NCBI RefSeq assembly: GCF_009914755.1
Contig: NC_060934.1
Length of the DNA stretch: 64,000 bases
Strand: one strand, 5' to 3'
Origin: the human T2T-CHM13v2.0 reference genome, Homo sapiens
Under the pieces are notes generated by a model. That model did not search any database. It was not told the origin of the DNA and saw only the letters and a program-made list of their open reading frames with translations. How positions within the stretch are numbered: the stretch's first letter is position 1; each line of letters opens with the position of its first letter. Below, in pieces: positions 40,693 through 56,000 of the stretch. The position numbers and the translations under genes were made by a program.

Positions 40693-41400
40693 GAAGTGTC
40701 TGTTCACATTCTTTGCCCACCTTTTGATGGTGTTGTTTGTTTTTTTCTTGTAAATTTGTTTAAGTTGCTTGCAAATTCTGGATATTAGACCTTTGTCAGA
40801 TGGGTAGATTGCAAAAATGTTCTCATATTGTGTAGATTACCTGTTCACTCTGATGATAGTTTCTTTTGCTGTGCAGAAGCTCTGTAGTTTAATTAGATCC
40901 CGTTTGTCAATTCTGGCTTTTGTTGCAATTGCTTTTGGCATGTTTTGTCATGAAGTCTTCGCCAATGTCTATATCCTGAATGGTATTTCCTAGGTTTTCT
41001 CCTACGGTTTTTATGGTTTGGGGTTTTACATTTAAGTCTTAAAAAAATAAAACACGTCGGGGGAGGGGGGAGGGATAGCATTATGAGATATGCCTAATGC
41101 TTAATGACGAGTTAATGGGTGCAGCACACCAACACGGCACATGTATACATATGTAACAAACCTGCATGTTGTGCACATGTACCCTAAAACTTAAAGTATA
41201 ATAATAATAAAAAATAAATAAATAAAACATAAATAAATTACTTGCCCAAAGTCATAAGCCTAGTTGCACAGAGATATTCCCTGAACCTCATTCACCAGAT
41301 CTCCCAAGACTTTTTTTATTATAGCATTATCAATACATAAATCAATTGATAACCTGAATAAGTAGCAAAGCAAGCAGAACAACAACAACAACAAAAAACC
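40693..41400 (+). mobile_element. Composite L1 insertion: inverted L1PA ORF2 fragment (40693-41040), nested young L1PA 3' end (41056-41220), non-L1 segment and (CAA)n/A tail
   Basis: Outer TSD cagtgctggtga (40681-40692, 41401-41412) at a TT/AAAA site; inner TSD-like aaataaaaca on both sides of the young L1 end. Confidence 0.9.
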
Positions 41401-43074
41401 CAGTGCTGGTGAACATACTGTGAAGGCAGCAGAAACAATCCTGTCACAAAGTATTAATGCAAGTATATTGGGAGAACAGTGAATTCACAGTCAGAACTTA
41501 GAAGACTTTGGATTTAGTCCCAAGTCTGTCACTGATTCTCATTACAAACAATTATTTACCCATTCTGGGCTAAAATCTTCCTTTTTTCTCAAGAGAAGAA
41601 TTGTGACAGATGAAGGCTAAGAGCCTTTCCATCCCTAATACTCCATGACTATTTGTAGGCAAAGTATGTTTGGTGTCCTTTTAATGGAGTCACAGATATT
41701 GTATCTTCATGAAATTACCTACCCAGTTCTGGGGCAGTTCACATGTAATTTGCACTTTCTTCCCCAGTAACAGCATTATGTTGATTGTACAAATGCCACA
41801 GAACACATACAAACTTGGTAATGCAAAAATAGAATTTGGGTAAGAAAAATGTAGTGTGTTGCATGAGAGAACTGTGTTGAAAGAGAAAGGCAAATAAAAT
41901 ATAAGAATGAGAAAAAGTGTCTCTCTTTCTTTGGGTATTTTTCAAAGTCAAGGGTTATCAATTTTTCCGTGATATGTAAATAAATTTTAAAACACTGTTT
42001 ATTGTTACAATATATATGTATATTATTTCCAATGAATAGTTAACATTTAAACCTGAAAATAACTACCAAATGAATTATACAACTAAGCACTTAGAACAGC
42101 ACCTAACACTTTTATAAACCCAATTATTGTTAATTTGTTTCCCCATTCCTCCAGTAAATATGTAAGGGTTTTTAAATGCTGTTTCTTAAGGTTCACCCAA
42201 AGCTGAAAAGCTTCAAACCTCTAAATCAAAGAACTTCTGAATTTGTAAACTTTGAGATATGTTCCTTGTCTTACCAGCTGGAGAAAACCTATTTTTCCTA
42301 TAGTTTTAGTTAATAATTCTGTAAAAATCTATATGAAACAACAAATTATTTTCAGAAAATTTCACTTCATGTAGGAAATTAGTTAGAATTTTCATTAGGA
42401 CCCAGAATACATTATGTGGGACTGATTTCATTCATACTGAAAGCAGAAAGGAAATGACAGGTGGACTCCCTCTACTTCTTTTAGTAGGGTGGTTACTTTC
42501 TAAAATGTGAAAGTGACTTGTTATTGCTTGGATATTGTATCTCGAAGACCTCAGGACCTGTGTCATTCAGTGAACTAAAAAAGTGATTCATATTTCTTAG
42601 GTACTTGCAAATAGAAATTTGATTCTTAGAAATTAAAGTTCAATTGTGTGGGAAGATGTTTAAGTTTCAAGAATGGATTTGAGTTGACTTCTATACCCTC
42701 CCAGCTAGCAAAATACCCCGTGAAGAGCCCGTGATCTCTCAGATAAGACCAGGCATTCATAGCTGAAACAAAAAAAAATAGTAGCTTGACTTTTATTTCA
42801 TTTTGATCAGCAGAAAAATATAGCTACACATGCTTTGCTACAGCAAGTAAGAGGCTTCCTACATGTTTAATTTAAATAAACTGATTCATCTAGTCAACAG
42901 AATGGATTGTTCTATTCAAAAGTAAGTAGAAACCATGTAATCAAAAGTTACAGATTATATTTGTTTAATAACAAACCATAATTAATTTTGCCAGAAAGGT
43001 AGAAAGACCAACCTGGATATGTTTCAGACCAAATAATAACATCAATAGTGACAAAGACAATAGTAATAATGAGA

Positions 43075-43200
43075 GCTAACACTAGTGCAGGACTTATTAT
43101 ATGCCAGATACTGTTGTCACTAAGGAATTTATCTGTATTAATTTATTTAATCCTTACAATAACCTTAAAAATAGGTTCCACTATTATTTTTATCATTGTT
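43075..43200 (-). mobile_element. MIR fragment
   Basis: 'atgccagatactgttg...atttaatccttacaataacct'. Confidence 0.7.
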
Positions 43201-43739
43201 TCTACTGTCAAACAAAATTTAATTTGGGAAGTTTCATGAGACCCTAGTTCTACCATTGCCTCTAATTTTGGAAGGGTGGGCTTAAATCCAGTTATGGTTT
43301 TACAGTTCTTTACTTAGAGAAAAAAAAAATTAACTTCCTCTAGCATAGGGCACTTTCTCCCTACAGATAATACAATAAAAGCTTTTTTTAGTATGTCACT
43401 GTCCAACTATCTTTCTTTATTGCCTTTTTCATTCATATCTTACTTATCAAATGAATATTTTTGTAAAAGTCTTTCAGAAGCAGTTACATTGCGTTTTCTC
43501 TTGAGAATTCATTACATGTGCTTATCCCCAAAGTCTCTTCCCTTAAGTCAAATTGTTCTTCTTCCCCATTTCCCCTGTGGGCTCTTTCCAACTACAACAA
43601 TGAAAGTGTCACTCTTGGACTCTCCCTAAATTCATCTGTAATCATTTTTTCACTTACTGTAAGTTCTCATGGATACATAATAGTTATTCAGCTACTGCTC
43701 GGTTGCAATAGCTCAACTACTTATATGGAGCTCCCAGGA

Positions 43740-44108
43740 TGGTACGGTTTGAATGTGTCCCCTCCAAAATTTAGGTGTTGCCAATGTCATAGCATTGGTG
43801 TGGTGTTTGGCAGGGGATTAGGCCATGAGGCCTCTTTCCTCATGAGTGGGATTAAGGTCCTTATGAAAGAGGCTTCAGGGGGAGTTGGCTCGTTTGCCTT
43901 CTGCCTTCCTCCAGGTGAGGACACAGCATCCCTCCCCACTGTGGGACGCAGCAATGCGACTGAGAGCAGCGCTATCCAAACAACCAAATCTGCTGATGCC
44001 TTGATCTTGGACCTCTCAGCTCCAGAACTGTGAGAAAATTGATTTCTGTTCTTTCTAAATTACCCAGTCTTGAATATTTTGTTACAACAGCATAAATGGA
44101 CCAAGATA
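43740..44108 (+). mobile_element. MST (MSTC/D-like) MaLR solo LTR
   Basis: 'ggtttgaatgtgtcccctccaaaattt', 'gccttgatcttggac...ccagaactgtgagaa', end 'gcataaatggaccaagata'; near-TSD cagga/aagga. Confidence 0.92.
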
Positions 44109-44586
44109 AAGGAAGATGAACTATTTGGATGAGCAAGACAAAAATAACAATACATCCTTGCCAGAGCCGTGTTGTTCTCCCCAGTCACGTCATTCTTCAG
44201 GCCACCTCAATTACACGACAGAATATTGAATATAATCTCTTTATCTTACAAATAAGAAACCGAGGCACAGCGATGTTATGTGAAAAACAGAAGGCCACCT
44301 GATAACCAATAGAAGAAATAAGACTTGAATCCAGGACATTCTTAGACTCAGAGGATTTTTCCATTATTTATTTATTTACACAGCACAAAAATATCAAACA
44401 CTTTTTATATGCCACTTACTCTGGTGTTGCAGAACTTTTCCTCAAGTGTCGCATCATTGCGGTTTAGTGGAAACTCTATCAGCATCAAGAGCCCAGGGAT
44501 CTTAGACTCTTGCTGACACTAAATAATTTTGCAACTTGGAAAAAATTTACCTCACTTTCTCAGATGTAAAATCTAAAATAATTGTA

Positions 44587-45077
44587 CCAGAAAGACACAT
44601 GCATGCGTATGTTTATCGCAGCACTATTCACAATAGCAAAGACATGGCATCAACCTAAATGCTCATCAATAGTGGACTGGATAAAGAAAATGTGGTAGAT
44701 ATGTACCATGGAATACAATGCAGTCATAAAAAAGAATGAGGTCACATCCTTTGCAGTAACATGGATAGATCTAGAGGCCATTATCCTAAGTGAACTAACA
44801 TAGGAACAGAACACCAAATACTGAATGTTCTTACTTATAAGCGGGAGCTAAACACTGAGTACCCATGGACACAAAGAAGGGAACATTAGACATTGGGGTC
44901 TACTTGCGGGTGGAGGGAGGGAAGAGGGTGAGGATCAAAATCTACCTACTATGCTGATTACCTGAGTGACAAAATAATCTGTACACCAAAGCCCTGTAAC
45001 ACACAATTTACCTATATAACAAACCTGCACATGTACCCACGAATCTAAAATAAAAGTAAAAAAAAAATAAAAATAAA
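44587..45077 (+). mobile_element. Older L1PA (L1PA13-16-like) 3' end
   Basis: 'gcagcactattcacaatagcaaagacatgg', 'aaataatctgtacaccaaa', 'atctaaaataaaagt' plus A tail. Confidence 0.93.
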
Positions 45078-45709
45078 CTCTAAAAAGTAGGAATTTTGGA
45101 GTGAGATCATTCTTATTATACCTACAGATACAGAGTTAATAAGGGTATATACTACAGCTTTTATAAAAGAAGGGAAGCAGAATGCATAGTCTTAGGTCTG
45201 TGCTTTACTACTTTATCAGTTAGCTATTATTCCCTGCTGCTAGAGACATTACTGCTTCCCTGAAATAGATACAAACAAAATTGTCATATATAAAATTGTA
45301 TTTCATATATGTGTATAATAAACATAATATATTTTAGGTAATGTATGCGTAATGTATAGATACATAAACATTAATGTCATTTATAATATATAAATGACAT
45401 TTGATATTATATATGTAAAATATTTTCTAGTTTAACTGTAACTTAATTATTTCCACAGCAGTGTAACATCTTGCTTTCCATTTCCGTAAAGGCTTTTCCC
45501 ATATGTATTCTATATTATGGTTGGTGCCATAATATTGCTTATTTCCTGAGAATACCATATTTTCTCCTTGCTCACATTATAAGTAATTATTTTTTCTTGA
45601 AATTTAATTTTCAACTACTTTTAGCTTTTGTGTTTTGATTTACAAATCATTATTTTCAACATGTAAAACAATCCATGTTTACATGCTTATACATAAGACA
45701 ACTGTCTAA

Positions 45710-46067
<358 letters not shown>

Positions 46068-47184
46068 TAGTCATATTTTTCACTGTATGTGTGTGTGGCA
46101 GGGGGAATGGGGATTGTTCCTATGCATATAAATATAAATTTGTTCCCCTTTACCTCCCTTTTTCCCAAAATATGATTCATACTTTGTATTTAGTTTTGCA
46201 TGATACTCTTCTCCCCACCTCGACTTTTTATGAGCATTTTCTCATGACATCAAATATTCTTCAAATAATCTTAATTGCTGCCTAAAATCCAATTGCAAGA
46301 AAGTCTTATGAATTAATTGTCTTTCCGTTTTTGTGTGCTATTTGGTTGTCTCTTGTTCTTATTAATATAAATAATCCTGTGATAAAGACCCTGGCACATA
46401 ATCTTCGACTACTTGTCAGATTCTTTCCTTAAGCTGAATTCCTAGAATGGGAATCACTGCATTCAAAAATGAGTCTTTTTCAGTTGTTTTGTCTTCTTTA
46501 ATAGATGAATCATTTCGTCAGTGAACAAAGTAATGTATTCCATATACAGAATTCAAAGCTTCACATTGTTAAATTTAAAAAAAAAAAAGCTTTTATGTGC
46601 CACCCTTCACTAGATTTTATCTTAATACAATAAAATTTCTTGCATGCCCTGCCGGATTCCCCATAGTCTGATTCCTACCCATCTCTCTAGCTCAGTTTCA
46701 CCCCCTGACCTGGTCTCCATGATTTCTCAAGCCCAGGTACACTGGCCTGATTTTTGTACCTGCACCTGTTCCCTCTAGTTACCTTTCTTCTCCAGCTATC
46801 TGTCTTCACAACCCAGTGGGTGCAACTACCTTTCAAAAGAGTTGGAGCTTCTATTAACCCATTTGTGTTGAAACATGTGTCAAAGAGAAGTTGGAACATT
46901 TCTCTTCCTAAGACAAATTATGAGGTGCCTATCTTCCAAAATATTTTCTCAGAGGTCAGTTTTTTTCTTCACTGAAGAGTGAAGCTTATCTCAGCACATT
47001 TTTGTATTCATGTAATATCCAGGGTTTATAAGTTATATGGGAATTATCCTAGGTCTATATCATCTCTCTCCCCCTTCCATTCTCCACTCTCTCTGCCTGT
47101 CCCACTCAGATTTCAGTCCAAACCCTGGAGTGACAGATTTATGGCAATTCATCTATCTGTAGCATTTTATACAAATAATAAAGA

Positions 47185-47640
47185 GTATCAGTTAGGTTGT
47201 GCTTAGCTGCTGGTAACAGAACTTCTTGCTTACGTGGCTACAGCATATCAGTTCCCATAACAGGAAGCTTGTGTGTCAGTTCCGTACCCATAGCTCAAAG
47301 AGCCAGGTTCTTTTCATCTTTTTTCTCTGCTAACCACAGCGGGTTGGCTCCTGTCCTTGCGCAGGTAGCCTCATGGTGGCAAACTGGCTGCAGCAGTTCA
47401 AAGGGTCATGCCCTCACACATGATGTCCAGAAACACAAGGAGCTATTTCTTCCTTGAGTCTTTTAATTTTTTAAGAACCAGAAATCATTTCTTACCAGGT
47501 CTCCTCAAATATATAATTGTCCAGAATTGGATCATCTGCTTCTACTAAACCAATACCTGTAAGTGAAACGGGTCACATAAAATATAACTGGCCCTAAAAA
47601 CCAGTCATGATTCATCTTTGAAGCTGTGGGGGTCTCCGAC
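47185..47640 (-). mobile_element. Old MLT1-like LTR
   Basis: 'gtatcagttagg...gctggtaacaga', 'ctcatggtggcaaactggctgcagcagttc', 'ccagaattggatcat'. Confidence 0.55.
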
Positions 47641-47681
47641 TTCACTGAAACACATAGTGTTTCTGTTAGAAAATTTTAAAA

Positions 47682-48015
<334 letters not shown>

Positions 48016-49284
48016 TTATGGAGCAACATTTACTCATTCTTTTTCTCTCATTCAAACATTTACTGAACTCTTCTGTTTCTTCTGATTCATGAACAATTAA
48101 TATTAAAAAGTTTCCAAAACACAGCTGTATATTCTATTTGCCTTGGGGCTATAAGTCATGCAGAAGAGATAAGCAGGTTTTCCATTAAAAGCATAGGTTA
48201 TTTTCAAAGGGATACTGAAAACCAATGCAATTCCTGGAAAGGTGTGGACCAAACATGACTAACAGAGTTGTAATTATTTTTTGTTGGCCTGCTAACTATT
48301 CATGGTATTTCAGAGATTAAAAGAGAAAAGATTAGCTATGTTGTATTTCTTCCGTTATTTATGGGTGCATAGAACAGTAAAAAAAAAAAAAAAAAACCAC
48401 ACAAAAACAAAAAACGTGATTAAAAGCATTGTAGTCTATGTTAACTCTTGGTTCTATTTAAATGACAGTTTCAGATCATAGAACAATTTTTTTCAAAGCC
48501 ACAAAGGCTTTCATTTAAATGTAACAGGAAGGCCCATATTTAAAAAAAAAAAAAAGTCTTTTTTTCTCCAGGTAACAAATACATAAGAGGATATAACACA
48601 ATGACAACAATGACAATGCTTAGTTAAGTAAATACCATGAAGCTTAATCCTCCTTTAAAGTTTAGATTACAGACCTACTCAGGAAGGAACAGTCAACAAA
48701 CTGGCTGGATAAAGCAAACTTGCATTAAAATAAATGAGTATCTGACAAAACACAGTTACTGCATAATGGGCAATCAGTGTAGTGCAAATCTTTCCAAATT
48801 GCCAGGAAATAGACCATAAGCCATCTTATTTTAAGTGAAATTCCTCCCTTGGAAAGCATCAGGTGATTCAGGCAGCCCTAAATTATTCGAGATTTCACTC
48901 GCAGTGTAGGAACTCTGTGGGCAAGTTAGCCTTAGAGAGAGCCCACGGGCAGCAGAGGGCAGCTAGGCCAGGCACCCTTGCTGTCAACACCTAGCCAAAG
49001 TTGTCCAGATACAAAACCTCTCTATACGAAATTTATGTTTGTTTTCTATTCATATAGGAAGTCAAACTTTAATCCTCTGAATACACCTCCATTTGATAAT
49101 CCCCTTATTCCCCACCTTTTGGTAGTCCCTTTACAAATATATATGGTTACAAAAGGTTATCAGTGTTTAAACTAGCAAACACTTCTCTAATATAGAATAT
49201 ATTTTATGTTTCCTTGAAGATTGTTTTCCAGACATTTTAGTAGTTTTTTAAAAATTAGAATTTAAAGGATTGATTTCCTGGGTC

Positions 49285-49520
49285 AGTCTGTTATAGTGGA
49301 AAAAAACTAATTTTGGAGTCAAATCTCTGCTCATCTCCCATGTACTGTTCTATCACTTTCTAGCCATGTAACCTAGGCCAACTTATTTTACCTCCCTGAG
49401 CTTTCATCTTTAAATTGGAGGTGGGGAGACCTCCTTCACAGGGGGCATTATGAAGATGAACAGAGTTAATGTATATTTTTGAGCATTTGGTCCACAGAGT
49501 AAACATTAACCTTTTCCTGC
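49285..49520 (+). mobile_element. MIR
   Basis: 'ttttggagtcaaa...gtaacctaggccaacttattttacctccctgagctttcatctttaaattgg'. Confidence 0.7.
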
Positions 49521-49882
49521 CTTTTTATTAGAGTTGCCCCCATATTTAAATAATGGTAAAATACAGCAATTTGTTTTCCAGGCCACCCCCTTTCTAGGCA
49601 CCACCTTTGTCTCCCAGGAGAAACTTCCCGAGCCTCATCGCTCCATCTCAAATAATTGCCACCATTCCCATTCCCATGCCACCATGTCCCTGGCTCTCCC
49701 ACATCCTCATTAAAAGGTACTAATCTAGCCTTTCACTAGAGTCTGGAGATAAAATACTGGATATGCTGCACAGTCACATTCATGCCACATGTGTATTAAA
49801 CTTGGAATCATTTAAATGAACAGGCTTTATAAGAAGAAAGAGGAGAAAGAAAAAAGACAACAAAATATGTTCAGTAGTGTAA

Positions 49883-50250
<368 letters not shown>

Positions 50251-50336
50251 CAGAAGAAGCGATTGTGGGTAAAGTCATGACTACTGTCCTTGAAGTGGTC
50301 CTCAAGAGTCAGTTTGACCATGGCTCATTTTTCCTC

Positions 50337-50740
50337 TATTTTATTTATTTTATTTTATTTTATTTTATTTTACTTTACTTTACTTTACTTTTTACTTTAC
50401 TTTACTCTACTCTACTCTACTCTACTCTATTCTACTTTACTTTATTTTATTTTATTTTTTGAGACGGAGTCTCACACTGTCGACCGGGCTGGAGTGCAAT
50501 GGCATGATCTCGGCTCACTGCAACCTTGCCTTGCAGGTTCAAGAGATTCTCCTGCCTCAGCCTACCGAGTAGCTGGGATTACAGGCGCTCGCCACCACGT
50601 CCGGCTAATTTTTTGTACTTTTAGTAGAGACGTGGTTTCACTATGTTGGCCAGGCTGGTCTCGAACTCCTGACCTCGTGATCTGCCCGCCTCGGCCTCCA
50701 AAAGTGCTGGGATTACAGGCGCGAGCCACTGTGCCCGACC
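50337..50740 (-). mobile_element. Alu with an expanded compound pentanucleotide tail (50337-50460)
   Basis: (TTTTA)(CTTTA)(CTCTA) array followed by an antisense dimer; TSD approximately atggctcattttt / acggctaattttt. Confidence 0.97.
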
Positions 50741-51609
50741 ACGGCTAATTTTTGGCTAATTTTTTTCTGTAAGTATTCTGTCTCCTACAACAGGCTTATT
50801 ACCTCCTTGTCCCACAAAGCCCACCTGTGTGGTTTAAAGCTTGGATCTGATTCAGATTGCATTGTCCTGTCACTTTTCAGCTGTGGGGCATTAGGTGACT
50901 TAATTTCTCTGTGCCAGTTTTTAATTTGCAAATTAAGAATAACAATAGCAAACAACTAATGGGATTATCATAATGATTGAAATATCCATGTAAAATGCTT
51001 TTCATAGTTTCTGGAATGTAGCAAGCATTCACTAAAATTATTATGAGGTAGGAATGACAAATTTGCTGACCACAGTGACTGGGGAGGGGTAGCTGAGCCC
51101 TGCTGGGTCTGTCAGAATTCTTCTCTTAAGCTATTTCAAACTACAGCTGGGAGAAAGAGACTTCTTTTTCTTCTGCTCATAAAGATTTAAAGATTTGAGT
51201 TTACAGTTCCTGGACCCACCACTTATTTGAGAGAATGTTGTTAACACAAGGATAGAAAAACAAGCATCTTCCTTCAACTCAGAGGTCTATAGCAGTACAC
51301 TTCCAATAAAACGCGTTTTTGCTTAAGCTAGAGTTGTATTTCTCTTCTCTACAAAGAGTATAATCCTTTCTAATGTGTGCATTTTGAGGAATAAGGCACA
51401 TGGACTGCACTTTACCTGCACAGGTCTCCAGGTATTTGAATGTATCTATTTTTCAGGTAAACTGGGTGTGCAAATAGCATCTGCTTTAAAGTTAATATGG
51501 AACCTTGAAATAGTCATTAGTTGGCAATTTAGTGTCCAATTCATATCACTGATATTATTAGAAGTCAGTATTTAGTAACATTTTCAAAACCATATTAAAA
51601 TTGAATTTA

Positions 51610-51928
<319 letters not shown>

Positions 51929-52978
51929 TCAAATTTATTTGTTTTAAGATAATGATTTTTGTCTGCCATTAACTACTATAAGTCAATCCTTTGAAAGACA
52001 TTTAATTTGATAATACTAATATGCTGACCTAAAACTCAAACTTACCAAGTTTGTTTGATATATTATAATTTACTCATAGTCCAAATTGAGGCTATTTGCA
52101 TTCTGGGTGTCTTTTTCTGTTTTGCCTCCCTTTGATGATTTTAGGAACTTTACGGTGAATTCATCTCAGAAATACTGCTTCACGATATCCAGCTATAAAT
52201 CTGAAAGACAGAATCTGAGAAACAGGCCAAGTCTAGAAAGAGGAAGACATACTTAGGGAAATGATCACAAACACTACTGTACCAAATAGAAAATACGCAA
52301 GTGCAGATGAGACACACTGCCTTTATCTTCATGTTATTCCACATAGTAAAATGAATTCCAGCTGGTTTATGAGAGTTGCATAAAAAAGTTACACCACAGG
52401 AATCATGGAAAAATTTTAAGTAAAGTCTGTATTTATACGTAGGGATATGTATAATTATATAAAGCAAATAAAAGTCCTCTGAATTAGATCTTACTTGTTT
52501 AATGTATGAGGAAAATAATACAGTGTTATTTCCTAAAGTAGTTGCATTGTCTGATGCTTGAGGAAGCAATGAGAGATGAAAAATGGGAAATTTTACATGT
52601 AATCACTGCAACAACTATGAGTACAACTGAGTATTCATTAGTCTTCCGAGACAGACTTAATGGGTCATGAGAGTTCTAGGAAGTCTGTCTTCTAGGATGA
52701 AAGAGATTATATAGGCATTAATGTTATAATATATTTGCAAGCACATAATTGAAATAAACTGTAACATTTTTAAAAATCACAATTTCTAGAAACAATTATT
52801 TGCAAACACATTGATACATTTCATACGTTCTGATAAATGATCACAGTAAAATGTAACAAAGATTATCATGCTAATTTGACAGTTGTGGAAACTGAGGCAC
52901 AGAAAAACAGACTTTAAAAAAATATATACAAACTGTGCTGCCACATTGGAATATAAATCTCAGCTGTAGATTGACTCC

Positions 52979-53018
52979 ATGAGTCACTCAACACCTTGGT
53001 TCAAGCTTAGTGACTCAT
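52979..53018. promoter_or_regulatory. Inverted pair of AP-1 sites
   Basis: atgagtcact (52979-52988) and its exact reverse complement agtgactcat (53009-53018). Confidence 0.5.
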
Positions 53019-56000
53019 AAGGGAGGAACACGTGCCTGTAATCTGTAACATGGCAAAGCCTAAGTTCTGCTCCAAATTGTTACGCATTATATTATATGTA
53101 TCACATATAATTATAGCACAAAACTCTCCCTATGCATCAAATAACTCTTTCAGAATGTCGGTTCAATGAATTACATGTAAATGAATCAAAAACATATGGG
53201 TGAAGTTTATCTTGAAATATAGAACTTGACTAAATGTGTTTTGGGTTTTCACCCCCCTCCAAATATCTGAAGGATACTGTCAAACCATTGGCTGGTCTCA
53301 AGTGCCTGCTGTGGCCCTTCACAAGAGTTTCCTCACATTGCTAGCATTGGGTACCCTCACTTTTGTTTGTTGCTAACATTCCTTAGTGGTTTGTGGGCAC
53401 TCATTGAATGCATATGGCATTTAGCAAAACCTATTAAATATGTATCAAAATTGACTAAAGTTAGCATAGAATACATAGTGCCTGAAATACATGGTTTACT
53501 ATGTGTTTTAAAACCTTAGCTTGCAAAGGACAATGTAGAAACATTAATTGTTCAGTACATTTTTAAAATTATAAAAGTATGACAGCCTGAAATTGTTAAA
53601 TATTTCAGAAGGTTATGAAGTAAAAATTAAAATACACTCTGGTTCCTTCCAAAGTAACCATTATTAATGTTATCATATATATTAGTAAGTCTGTATATAC
53701 ATTCACACATATGTGAATATTATGCATGTACACTACTTACATGTATATATCATTTTTCCCACAGATATGTATTCTAATTTGGTTTTATTTGTTCACTTAA
53801 AAATATGTCACATAGTCTTTGTAATATTATGGACAATATATGGAATTTTATCCCCAGTTTAATGACACATTAACTATAAATCCAGGATGCTGTTTTGCCT
53901 AAAGTGTTTTCTTGTAGAAAATCAGAATTATTCAAATTTCAAAGACAAATAAGCCCAATATATAGTGTCCATACAAAAAAAGAATTTTTTAAAAAATGTA
54001 CTTATTCTCTTGAAGACAAATCTCTGGGCAGAAGGCTGGGTTTATACTAACACTTTTAGATATGTTATGTGATCCATTTCCGAAATGATAATCTGTCCTG
54101 AAAACCTTTTTCCTCAATTACGGCAGAAGCTGGCATTCTTTTGCAGTAAAGTCAGCAAATGGGAGAGATTCTGAGAGCCAATCTCTTGGGAACGTGAATT
54201 TGGGATTATGTCACCACTTAGCAGAATAACAACACTGATGGGCTGAAATGAATCCCTCTCCTGACAGACTGAACTTTTTAGCCTCTCCATATCAGCCATC
54301 TCCCTGTTGTTAGTATACGGTTTCAGTAAAGTAAGAGCAAGTCCAAGTTCAGAAAAAGACCAGACCACAACAACAACAAAAACTTGATAATGAATAATAC
54401 CAAGTCGTACTTGGCTCCTTTATCAACTAGTGGTGTAAAGTAGTTTTCCTCACTTAATTCCTCAGTGAAAGGATTGCACATTTAATAAATAATGACAGAT
54501 AAATGGCCCAGGAATGATTTCTTTCTTCAATCTTGGAAATACACGAAAACAAAAGTATGCAAAATAGTATATTACGTGCTTTGAGGACACAGGGATTAAA
54601 GAAATGTTATTATTAACATATTTACCTTAATAATTATATAAACAGTTATCTTAATAAATGCCTGTGTTACAATTAAGGGGGCGAAACTTATTTGTCTCTG
54701 TTGTTAAATAGTTTAATTAAGCAAATCTCATTACAGAATCGGAGATTCTTTTAGAATTCCATTGTGTTTTAAATGTGAAAAATTCCAGAATCATTAGTAA
54801 AGTCTGAAAATGACTACTTAAATATTTGTATAGTATTGATTTATTGAAAATATACAATATATAACTGTGTGATGAATTTTCAAACAATTCAAAATTACTT
54901 AACTATTCTCAGAAAAGACAAGTAATCCTGTCTTAATGGCAGATTTATCTGTGCTTCAACCATGTTAATTACACCTTGGATGTGCAATTCTCTACCACAC
55001 TTCCAGACTTTGTTCTTACTGTTTATTGGTATTACTTATTCAGGCTTATTCTATTCTGTCTAATCATTTTCCCACATTCTCAACAAAACTAGAGTTTTTG
55101 AGTCGCAAATTTTTTATTACTTGTGATATCACAATTTTATATATACTTAGTCACTCCTGAAGAAGTTTTTATTAATTTTGTCTATGAATCTCAGTATGTA
55201 CTTTGATGGCTATATTTTGCAAACAACAAGTATCGTATCTGCCTGTAATTCACAAAACTTACAAAGTGCTTAACTTAAGTCTGAGTAGGTTCTACGCATG
55301 TAGTATCTCACTCCCAGTTGTAATCTTTTTAATAATGCAAGCATCTGTTCACTTCTTTGGACACTGGCTGTTTCTCGAGACACTGGCCCTCCGATTGAAG
55401 AAATCTAAGAGATTTAACATTCATCTTTATATGCAGAAATCAAATATTTAACCCAAGCATGTTTCATCTTTTATTCTGTTTATGTTTTTTGTCCTTTTTA
55501 TTATAAGTAATAGCTTTATTTTGTTCTTATTAAGAGAATTTCAGGCAGGAATTACTTAGACTTCTCTGAAAAGTAGTTAGACCTGGCACAGTTGATATAT
55601 TTAACTGTCTGATATTTATGTATTTAGTCTTATCATACCTCTCATGACCTAGTCACAAAACGGCAATTCAATTTACAGGGAGTTAGGCTAATACCTGTCT
55701 ATGCTTGTGAGAAAATATAGCCTACATTTTGTGACCTGTCGACCAGGTACCTGAGATTTTAAAAAGTGAAATACTCTATGTTGCACAAAGATACTGTGTG
55801 TAAAATGATTCCATTTGTCCTAGTTAAATTGGAAAGTTCTCAGAAGTCAAATTCTCAATTTATAAAATAATAATGATATGTTTCATACTAGGATCTCAAA
55901 TCACTTAAGTTTATGCTGAAGCTTGTTTGGAATATATATATCATATATATATGATTAATTTCAATAAAATAAATTATACACAAGAAACAGCTCTGTTGAG

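Noticed and set aside
43518-44033. Longest ORF (171 aa)
   Set aside because: Non-ATG start, half lies in an MST LTR, no recognisable domain or splice context
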